Shown: in pieces, positions 4,904-11,299 of the stretch
Layout of the letters: each line of letters starts with the position of its first letter
Numbering within the stretch: the stretch's first letter is position 1
From: Nitrospinota bacterium
GTDB lineage: Bacteria > Nitrospinota_A > UBA7883
DNA: 11,299 nt
Reading direction: 5' to 3'
NCBI GenBank assembly: GCA_029880775.1
Contig: JAOUNV010000021.1
Location: forward strand, 1-11,299
Made by a program: the position numbers and the translations under genes
The notes under the pieces: generated by a model
What the model was told of the DNA's origin: nothing
The model's database searches: none
Seen by the model: only the letters and a program-made list of their open reading frames with translations

Positions 4904-6688
4904 CTACTTTTTCTTGGCTGGCGTAGCGGCCACACCTGGCATTCTGGTGATATTGCTATCCCCCAGGATGGCGAAGGCGCCTTCAAGGCTTCCGGCTCCA
5001 CCACTCCCCTGCACCAGGATGCGAGGGACTTTCACTATATTCGGGTTCTCCTTGGCCGCCGCCAGCACTTCCTTGACGATGGCCAAGTGCATCGTCCGCT
5101 CCGGCCCCAGCACCTGGGCCTGGGCCTTCTGCCCATCGGCGATAGCCCGCAGCCGCGCCTGCTCACCCTCACCTTTCAGCTTCAACGCTTCTTTCTGGAA
5201 CTGGGCCGCTTTTCGTTCGATCTCCGCTTTCATCAAGGTGCCTTGCTGATCCGCTTCCGCCTTCGATTTTTCAGACTCGATTCGCTTCTCCTGCGCCACT
5301 CGCTCCTGCGTATATGTCTGCTCCATCTGGGTGGCCAGCTGCTCCCGGCGACGCGCCACCAGCAGCTCCGGCGGGATCACCGGATCGCCGAATCGAATCT
5401 CCGTGACGGTGACGCCTGTTTTTTCCGCCTCCACCTGAATGGCCGCCAGCACGGCGTCCTCCAGTTGTTGCCGCCTATCCTGCAGGTCCAGCACTTGCCG
5501 CACATCACCCTTTTCCGCTTTCCCCGGGTGGCTCTGCACATTGGAGCCGGTCACGTTTCGCACGATGCTACGCACCTTCGGTGTGATGATCTTCTCTTCC
5601 ACTTCATGCAGCCCCCCCACCGACGCCACCACGAATGGCGCGTCCTCCGGCTTCACCTGGGCCAGGATGCGGATCTCCTGAGGCACTTCCCACCCTTCTA
5701 CTCGCAAGATCACCGCGTCTGCGGCGGCGTGCTCCGGAACCGGGATCACCTCTTTGCGCTCCGACTGCTCTATGGAGCCGTCTTGGCGCACTTTCAGGTC
5801 TATAAAGCGCCGGGTGTATCCGCCGGCGTATTCCCATCTTTGCACGCGAGTGTCCACCAGGTGTATCTCATAGGCTTTCTGGTTCAGGTAATATCGCCCA
5901 GGCAGGAAGACCTGGTTCCACACACCCCGACATCCTTTCGGCACCAGCGGCACAGTCAGGGAGCGGTCCTCCATGATGATAGGCTCGCATTCCTCCATCG
6001 GCCTGGTGGCGATATTGGATTTAATGACTCCCACAAAACCGGCCGGCACGTTGGTGGCCCTGAATTGATCCCCTTTGGTCCGCACCTCGAACAGGTAACG
6101 GTTGATGCGATACTTGCCAGGCTTCAGCACTGTGGACTGAGGACCCTTTTGGCCGGGAGGGATGCCCTCCTTGCCATTGATAAACACTTCCGGATCGAGC
6201 ATTTCCTCGATCCGCTCATCCGGCCATGCGCTGGCCAGAAGCTGGTTTTCCCCCAGAGGCTTGCCATCCTTTGCCACGATGAAGCCATAGCTCCCCTCCG
6301 GCACTTCTATGATGGGCAACTGCTCCACCTGGTACAGCACCTTTAACAGCAGGATAATGTGCAGCCCCGGTGGGAGAATCCGCGCCTGGGGCCCCATCTC
6401 TCCATTGGCGGCGATGATCCTGCCCGGCGCCAGGCTACTTCCCAAAAACACCTTTTTCAGGTGGCCTGTTTTGTTGGAATCCACGATCACGAACGAGGTG
6501 CTCAACAGCGCCATCACCAGCGCGCCCACCGCGCCTGCGCGGATGAAAAACGGAATGTAACCGGCCAATGACTTGTTTTGCAAAAGACCGGAAGTGATTA
6601 AAACTGGCGCGATCCTTTCGGCCAAAACCGCCATAAGCAGCAAGCCGACTATGATGACGAGATAAAAGATTAAAGAACCCATGACCAT
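4904..6688 (-). CDS. Flotillin-like SPFH/band-7 protein (YqiK/FloT-type), 594 aa
   Basis: - N-terminal transmembrane segment: LIFYLVIIVGLLLMAVLA.
- Central SPFH core: about 200 aa.
- C-terminal coiled coil: a long Ala/Glu/Lys/Gln-rich stretch (ERVAQEKRIESEKSKAEADQQG...AQFQKEALKLKGEGEQARLRAIADGQKAQAQ) typical of flotillins, and a C-terminal GSGG tail.
- Start: a GGGGGA Shine-Dalgarno is better spaced for the second Met (6682) than for 6688, so the start may be 6682. Confidence 0.8.
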   Translation of the reverse strand: MVMGSLIFYLVIIVGLLLMAVLAERIAPVLITSGLLQNKSLAGYIPFFIRAGAVGALVMALLSTSFVIVDSNKTGHLKKVFLGSSLAPGRIIAANGEMGPQARILPPGLHIILLLKVLYQVEQLPIIEVPEGSYGFIVAKDGKPLGENQLLASAWPDERIEEMLDPEVFINGKEGIPPGQKGPQSTVLKPGKYRINRYLFEVRTKGDQFRATNVPAGFVGVIKSNIATRPMEECEPIIMEDRSLTVPLVPKGCRGVWNQVFLPGRYYLNQKAYEIHLVDTRVQRWEYAGGYTRRFIDLKVRQDGSIEQSERKEVIPVPEHAAADAVILRVEGWEVPQEIRILAQVKPEDAPFVVASVGGLHEVEEKIITPKVRSIVRNVTGSNVQSHPGKAEKGDVRQVLDLQDRRQQLEDAVLAAIQVEAEKTGVTVTEIRFGDPVIPPELLVARRREQLATQMEQTYTQERVAQEKRIESEKSKAEADQQGTLMKAEIERKAAQFQKEALKLKGEGEQARLRAIADGQKAQAQVLGPERTMHLAIVKEVLAAAKENPNIVKVPRILVQGSGGAGSLEGAFAILGDSNITRMPGVAATPAKKK

Positions 6689-6837
6689 CCCCCAGCAATA
6701 TGCCTCGCCTGTTCAGGCGCAGACCTCTGTTACCACCACCGCCGAGGGCCAGCCAGCCTCCGGCGTAATGGATGGCATTATACAGCGCGAGGGAAATAAT
6801 CGACAAAGTTATCTGACACGCCGAGGCGCCAGCGGCT

Positions 6838-7578
6838 TTAAGGCCACGTTTCGCTCTGGGGGGAGTCGTAGTATTCCACCCACTCAAAGCCGAGCCACCC
6901 CGGCCTGGTGTATACGATAACTTCGGAGACGTTAGGTTCCAGCGTTTTGTAGAGCGCCTGGTGTATTCTCACCTGGAAGTATTTGCCGTCTGGAGTCCAC
7001 GGCTTGACGACCATAGAATAGTCGGGCGTTGATTCGTTGGAGCCTGCCGCCAGGAACTTGTCCGCCACTAGGGCGATATGCTCTGTGGCGAAGCTTTCGT
7101 CCTGAGTGCCGTTGAGCACGATCACCAAATAATATCCGTTGTAAATGAATAGCGGCGCGGCCAGGACGCTGGAGAGCAAAAAGTGTTTCCACGAGCCTGT
7201 GCTCCCCCGCATCAGCAGAAAAAATACTATGGCTATAAAAATCGCCAGCGCCACCAGTGAATGCGTCAGAGCGTACTGAAAAACCGCAGGCTCATCCACA
7301 AGATCGCTGTAATCCATTTTCATAAGGGTAAGCACACCGATGGAATTCATCATGAGGAATAGAAAGCCATAAATAAATATAATTTTCCCCAGAAAGGAGT
7401 CCAGCTTGGCCGACACAGCCGGCTTGGGCATAGGCTTGGCGGGTGGATTATCCTTTTTCAGGTTGATCCTGTAGTAAAAAGGGACTTCCTTTTCCGGGGC
7501 TTGCTCCTCGGGAGTCGCTTGCCCATCCGCCTCGCCGCCTAAATCGTTTTCCGGTCTATTCTCCAAAGTATTTCCCAT
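6838..7578 (-). CDS. Membrane protein, 246 aa: acidic/Pro-rich N-terminal tail, three predicted TM helices, about 90-aa C-terminal domain. Possible flotillin-associated partner
   Basis: Predicted TM segments are IIFIYGFLFLMMNSIGVLTLM, LVALAIFIAIVFFLLM and LLSSVLAAPLFIYNGYYLVIVL. It lies immediately upstream of the flotillin gene on the same strand, in the position NfeD/YqiJ-type partners usually occupy. I cannot recognise an NfeD OB-fold signature in the C-terminal domain. GC is lower than the core genes. Confidence 0.55.
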   Translation of the reverse strand: MGNTLENRPENDLGGEADGQATPEEQAPEKEVPFYYRINLKKDNPPAKPMPKPAVSAKLDSFLGKIIFIYGFLFLMMNSIGVLTLMKMDYSDLVDEPAVFQYALTHSLVALAIFIAIVFFLLMRGSTGSWKHFLLSSVLAAPLFIYNGYYLVIVLNGTQDESFATEHIALVADKFLAAGSNESTPDYSMVVKPWTPDGKYFQVRIHQALYKTLEPNVSEVIVYTRPGWLGFEWVEYYDSPQSETWP

Positions 7579-7655
7579 TTTAAACCACTAAATTATCAAA
7601 GTTAATATTAAGTACCAGGGATGGCGTAAAACGGGTATACAAGCCGCTTAACGCC

Positions 7656-8504
7656 TCAAATGAGAGTGAAGCCAAGTCTTAAAAATGCGCCCCAGGTGAG
7701 GAAACTGACTTCCACTTGCCGGGTATCACGTGAATACTCGAACTGTGCGCCCAGAGAAACAAACAGTCTTTTGTACAGATCATAATCAAGCGATGACCGG
7801 ATAGCAAAAGCCTGCAAATTGCCCGGATGACCAAAATTACCTGGAAAACTGTCGTGATAATCCACACTCATTGTGGATGGGCCGTTTCCGTCCTGGAAAT
7901 TCTCCACCGAGTGATTATACCCTGTAAGGGAGAGTACAGGGGCGGATATTTCGACCAAAAGATGAGTTCTGTCGCCAAAGGAGCGAGCCATGGCCATGGC
8001 CAGGCCTGTGGAAAAGCTGAACGCCGAATATAGATCCTGGTTCCGGTAAATATAAGACCTGTATCCGCGCCCACCCATCCCCAGCTTCACACCCAGGTAT
8101 ATCGCTCCGGCGCCTTCCGGGCCCCAATCCGATATTTTCTTCCCCCCTGAAAATTCAAGACCGGCGTTATAAATCTGGTCCGTTGTATCGGGTCCCTTGG
8201 CGCCACTGCTGTCCCCTTCGCTCCAGTCCGCGGCGTAAATGCCATACCTCACCACGATAAAGCCATGCTTACCGGTCCTGATGAATGAAGCCTCAAACCC
8301 AGACGCGCCAGTAGATAAATCACCTTCTTCCCCCAGGCTTTCGTTCACCGTTGACTGATTATACAAAAAACCTAATGCCAGACTTTTTCCTTCATAAGAA
8401 GATTCAGCAAAAGCCTGAGACACAGACAGAATCAGAATCAGCGCGATGGGGGAAACCAGAAAACCACAAATGAACCTGTTGAGTGGCCTTTTTTTAGCAC
8501 GCAT
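7656..8504 (-). CDS. Putative outer-membrane beta-barrel protein with Sec signal peptide, 282 aa
   Basis: The signal peptide is MRAKKRPLNRFICGFLVSPIALILILSVSQAFA|ESS (positive n-region, hydrophobic core, AXA cleavage site). The mature part is Gly/Ser/Tyr-rich with alternating hydrophobic dipeptide periodicity. The C-terminal strands are YDLYKRLFVSLGAQFEY and VEVSFLTWGAFLRLGFTLI. AGGAG lies 8 nt upstream of the ATG at 8504. Confidence 0.6.
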   Translation of the reverse strand: MRAKKRPLNRFICGFLVSPIALILILSVSQAFAESSYEGKSLALGFLYNQSTVNESLGEEGDLSTGASGFEASFIRTGKHGFIVVRYGIYAADWSEGDSSGAKGPDTTDQIYNAGLEFSGGKKISDWGPEGAGAIYLGVKLGMGGRGYRSYIYRNQDLYSAFSFSTGLAMAMARSFGDRTHLLVEISAPVLSLTGYNHSVENFQDGNGPSTMSVDYHDSFPGNFGHPGNLQAFAIRSSLDYDLYKRLFVSLGAQFEYSRDTRQVEVSFLTWGAFLRLGFTLI

Positions 8505-8521
8505 CGATTCCGCTCCTGATT

Positions 8522-8545
8522 ATAATGTTAACGCCTGAACATTAT
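8522..8545. promoter_or_regulatory. Inverted repeat ATAATGTT-N8-AACATTAT in the divergent intergenic region
   Basis: Seen in sequence. It has perfect 8-bp arms and lies 18 bp upstream of the OMP start (minus strand) and about 120 bp upstream of the aminotransferase start. A candidate -35 TTGCAA (8605-8610) for the plus-strand operon lies further downstream. Confidence 0.3.
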
Positions 8546-8667
8546 GAAAGCTTGGCATATGGCTGTCAAACATACCTTTCTCGATCCCTCCGGTCCCCAA
8601 TACATTGCAACGGCGGTGAAAACCATTTAAGATTAGGGGTTCGTTACGCATATTATAGATCAATAAA

Positions 8668-9858
8668 ATGAACGAAGAAAAACCGAAAAGAAAATTCTCC
8701 AGGATAGAGCGCCTGCCACCATATGTGCTGGCGGAGGTGACAAACCTGCGCGCCATCGCCCGCCGGGCTGGCGAGGATATCATAGACTTCGGCATGGGAA
8801 ACCCGGACATGCCCACCCCAGATCATATAGTGGAAAAGCTGGTGGAGGCGGCCCGCAAACCACCCAACCATCGCTACTCCGCCAGCCGGGGCATCACAAA
8901 GCTGCGCCATGCCATATGCGACTGGTACCGGCGCAAGTTCGATGTCTTCCTGGACCCGGAGAGCGAGGCCATCGTCACCATCGGCAGCAAAGAAGGGATC
9001 AGCCACTTGATGCTGGCCATCACCGCGCCGGGGGACTCTGTGCTGGTGCCGTCCCCCACATACCCGATCCACGCCTACGCCGTGGTCATCGCCAATGGTG
9101 ACGTGATCAACGTGCCGCTGACCAAGGATGACGACTTTTTTACGAACCTGACCATAGCTTTCGAGCGGACCTGGCCCAGGCCGAAGGCGATGTTGCTCAA
9201 CTTTCCGCACAATCCCACCACTGTGTGCGTGGACCTGAACTTTTTCGAGAAAGTGGTGGATTTTGCCAAAAAGCATGACGTGATGGTGGTTCACGACCTG
9301 GCCTACGCCGAGATATCCTTCGACGGCTATCAGGCGCCTTCGTTTCTGCAAGTTCCCGGCGCCAAGGATGTGGGCGTGGAGATGTATACCCTCTCCAAGT
9401 CATACAACATGCCTGGATGGCGGGTCGGATTCTGCGTGGGTAATCCGGAGATGGTATACGCGCTCCAGCGGATCAAAGGATACCTGGACTATGGAATGTT
9501 TCAGCCGATACAAATCGCCAGCATTATAGCGCTCAATGGTCCCCAGGATTGTGTGGACGAAATCAGGAACACATACCAGAGCCGCCGCGATGTGCTGGTG
9601 GATGGGCTCAACCGGATCGGGTGGGAGATCGAAAAACCGATGAGCACCATGTTCGTCTGGGCGCCGATCCCGGAAAAGTACAAGGATATGGGGTCGCTGG
9701 AGTTTTCCAAGCTGCTGCTGGCCAAGGCGAAAGTCGCCGTCAGCCCCGGAGTAGGCTTCGGCGATGGCGGTGACGGATTCGTGCGCATCGCCCTGGTGGA
9801 AAACGAGCATAGAACCCGTCAGGCGATCCGCGGCATCCGCGACGCGCTGAAACTTTAA
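8668..9858 (+). CDS. Class-I (fold type I) PLP-dependent aminotransferase, AlaA/AspC/DapL-like, 396 aa
   Basis: The N-terminus [15 protein letters not shown] is typical of this family. The NFPHNPT block is present, and [13 protein letters not shown] carries the PLP-binding lysine. The C-terminal VRIAL motif is present. Substrate specificity cannot be assigned from sequence alone. Confidence 0.9.
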   Translation: MNEEKPKRKFSRIERLPPYVLAEVTNLRAIARRAGEDIIDFGMGNPDMPTPDHIVEKLVEAARKPPNHRYSASRGITKLRHAICDWYRRKFDVFLDPESEAIVTIGSKEGISHLMLAITAPGDSVLVPSPTYPIHAYAVVIANGDVINVPLTKDDDFFTNLTIAFERTWPRPKAMLLNFPHNPTTVCVDLNFFEKVVDFAKKHDVMVVHDLAYAEISFDGYQAPSFLQVPGAKDVGVEMYTLSKSYNMPGWRVGFCVGNPEMVYALQRIKGYLDYGMFQPIQIASIIALNGPQDCVDEIRNTYQSRRDVLVDGLNRIGWEIEKPMSTMFVWAPIPEKYKDMGSLEFSKLLLAKAKVAVSPGVGFGDGGDGFVRIALVENEHRTRQAIRGIRDALKL

Positions 9859-9872
9859 GGAATGGCGCCATC

Positions 9873-11186
9873 ATGAAACCTGTACGTATCGGATTAATAG
9901 GCTTGGGAGCGGTGGGAAGCCAGGTGGCGCGGATCCTCACAGAGGAGGCCGAATCCCTGCAAGCCAGAGCCGGGATACCCCTGCGGCTGGTGAAAGTGGC
10001 CGTCCGCGACACGGGAAAGAAAAGGGGTTTCACTCCGGATAGCGGCCTGCTCACAACAGAGCCTTTCGATGTGGTGAACTCTCCAGAGGTGGATATCGTG
10101 GTGGAGCTGATCGGCGGGGAGGACCCTGCCTTCGACCTGGCCATGGCCGCCGCCCGAAAGCGAAAAGGATTCGTCACCGCCAACAAGCTGCTGCTGGCGC
10201 TGCGAGGGGCGGAAGTCTTTTCCGCCTTCGAGAAAAGCGGCGCCCGGCTGGGGTTCGAGGCGGCGGTGGCTGGCGCCATACCCATCATCCGCTCCATCCG
10301 CGAAAGCTTTTCCGGCGATCAGGTGGAGCTGATCCAGGGAATCGTCAACGGCACCGGCAACTATATATTAAGCCGCATGACCGACGAGGGGAGCCGGTTT
10401 GAAGACGTGCTCAAAGACGCCCAGGCGCTCGGTTACGCCGAGGCGGACCCCACCTTGGATGTGGAGGGGATAGACTCCGCCCACAAGGTCGCCATCCTGG
10501 CGGCGCTGGCTTTCGAGACCATGGTCGATTTCTCCGACGTATACACCGAAGGGATAACCAATATCACACCGGAGGATATAATCAGCGCCAGGGAGCTTGG
10601 GTATCGGATCAAGCTTCTGGGAGTGGCAAGGAGAGTGGATGACACCATCAGCTTGCGGGTTCACCCCACAATGCTGCCCCAAAAGGACCTGATGGCCAAT
10701 GTGGATGGCCCCTTCAACGCCATCCATATACTTTCCAGCCAGGCGGGAGCGAGCACTCTTGTGGGCCGGGGCGCCGGAGGAGGCCCCACCGCCACAGCCG
10801 TGCTCTCCGATATCGTGTCGATGGCCAGAGACATCGCCTCTGGCGCAGGCGCGCGAATGGCGCCACTGGGCGCTCCCGTGGGGGGGATGGACAAGCTCCC
10901 GGTGATCCCCATAGATGAGCTGGAGTCGGAATATTACCTTCGCTTCACCGTGCCGGACCGGCCAAACGTGCTGGCGCAGATCGCCGGAGCCCTGGGGGAT
11001 AATGGCATATCCATAGCCTCCATGATCCAGCGTGAGAGAAAGGAAAATCAGCCTGTGAGCGTGGTGCTGATGACTCACAACGCCGTGGAGGCGGACATGA
11101 AAAAATCGCTGGCCCACATCGAATCGTCCGGCATTTGCCTGGCGCCAACAATGATCATAAGGATAGCCGAAAATGGCCGGGACTAA
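9873..11186 (+). CDS. hom: Homoserine dehydrogenase with C-terminal ACT regulatory domain, 437 aa
   Basis: The N-terminal Rossmann motif is VRIGLIGLGAVGSQVA. The catalytic-domain blocks are ANK...EAAVAGAIPII, NGTGNYIL and LGYAEADPTLDVEG.DSAHKV. The C-terminal ACT-like segment is YYLRFTVPDRPNVLAQIAGALGDNGISIASMIQ. It starts 15 nt after the aminotransferase stop. Confidence 0.93.
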   Translation: MKPVRIGLIGLGAVGSQVARILTEEAESLQARAGIPLRLVKVAVRDTGKKRGFTPDSGLLTTEPFDVVNSPEVDIVVELIGGEDPAFDLAMAAARKRKGFVTANKLLLALRGAEVFSAFEKSGARLGFEAAVAGAIPIIRSIRESFSGDQVELIQGIVNGTGNYILSRMTDEGSRFEDVLKDAQALGYAEADPTLDVEGIDSAHKVAILAALAFETMVDFSDVYTEGITNITPEDIISARELGYRIKLLGVARRVDDTISLRVHPTMLPQKDLMANVDGPFNAIHILSSQAGASTLVGRGAGGGPTATAVLSDIVSMARDIASGAGARMAPLGAPVGGMDKLPVIPIDELESEYYLRFTVPDRPNVLAQIAGALGDNGISIASMIQRERKENQPVSVVLMTHNAVEADMKKSLAHIESSGICLAPTMIIRIAENGRD

Positions 11187-11299
11187 ATATGTGATACTCC
11201 TCGGCGATGGCATGCCGGACTGGCCTATCGAAGAGATGGGCGGCAAAACCCCGCTTGCCCTGGCCGCCACCCCAAACCTGGACAGGATGGCTCGCGATG
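11173..11299 (+). CDS. 5' end (42 codons, truncated by window edge) of an ApgM-family 2,3-bisphosphoglycerate-independent phosphoglycerate-mutase-like protein
   Basis: Translation from the ATG at 11173 gives MAGTKYVILLGDGMPDWPIEEMGGKTPLALAATPNLDRMARD. This matches the characteristic N-terminus of archaeal-type cofactor-independent PGM (PF01676/PF10143) proteins: KYVILLGDGMaD...ELGGKTPL...TPNmD.la. It overlaps the hom stop by 14 nt, suggesting translational coupling. It is absent from the ORF track only because it runs off the window. Confidence 0.55.
   Translation, partial: MAGTKYVILLGDGMPDWPIEEMGGKTPLALAATPNLDRMARD

Noticed and set aside
5087-6346. 419-aa ORF antisense to the flotillin gene, and smaller nested ORFs at 4914-5249 and 5439-5681
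   Set aside because: Leu/Arg/His-rich low-complexity translation. It lies fully inside the well-supported SPFH CDS on the opposite strand. GC-skewed codon third positions generate such frames.
10368-11270. 300-aa ORF antisense to hom, plus the 8653-9351 and 9740-10297 antisense ORFs
   Set aside because: Shadow frames inside confidently identified aminotransferase and hom genes. Gly/His/Arg-rich, with no start-site signals.
1-11299. CRISPR arrays, IS elements/transposase, integrase, rRNA
   Set aside because: No spaced direct-repeat arrays, no terminal inverted repeats flanking a transposase-like ORF, and no integrase- or transposase-like translations appear in any frame of the ORF track.

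Overview
This is a high-GC (~60%) bacterial chromosomal window. The organism is probably Gram-negative, based on a signal-peptide beta-barrel outer-membrane protein and a long-form AhcY. Conserved housekeeping genes are interleaved with visibly lower-GC accessory material. In order:

- **ORF1 and regulator module (1-1664).** An AT-rich promoter-like leader precedes a 160-aa protein of unknown function. Next is an intergenic block of five tightly packed GC-rich palindromes (693-774) and a direct-repeat pair. Then comes a 259-aa protein fusing an N-terminal XRE-type helix-turn-helix to a C-terminal class-III nucleotidyl-cyclase-like domain that has lost key catalytic residues (a pseudo-cyclase). 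It also carries an in-frame 15-bp tandem repeat.
- **ahcY (1703-3121).** S-adenosyl-L-homocysteine hydrolase, starting only 38 bp downstream of the regulator.
- **Hairpin, AT-rich gap and tRNA (3169-3636).** A perfect 14-bp-stem hairpin is followed by about 350 bp of AT-rich ORF-free DNA. This abuts the 3' end of a minus-strand tRNA-Val(UAC) at 3561-3636.
- **Low-GC gene (3987-4733).** A Tyr/Gly-rich, probably membrane-anchored hypothetical protein with a GTG start.
- **Minus-strand three-gene cluster (4904-8504).** A beta-barrel outer-membrane protein, a 3-TM membrane protein and a 594-aa flotillin/YqiK-type SPFH protein.
- **Divergent promoter region (8505-8667).** Contains an 8-bp inverted repeat.
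- **Biosynthetic operon (8668-11299).** Class-I PLP aminotransferase, homoserine dehydrogenase with an ACT domain, and the 5' end of an ApgM-family (cofactor-independent phosphoglycerate-mutase-like) gene overlapping hom by 14 nt.

No CRISPR array, IS element or rRNA was seen. The most unusual content is the ORF1 / palindrome array / HTH-pseudo-cyclase module, and the tRNA-adjacent AT-rich and low-GC segment. All calls come from reading the sequence and the ORF track. No database searches were run.
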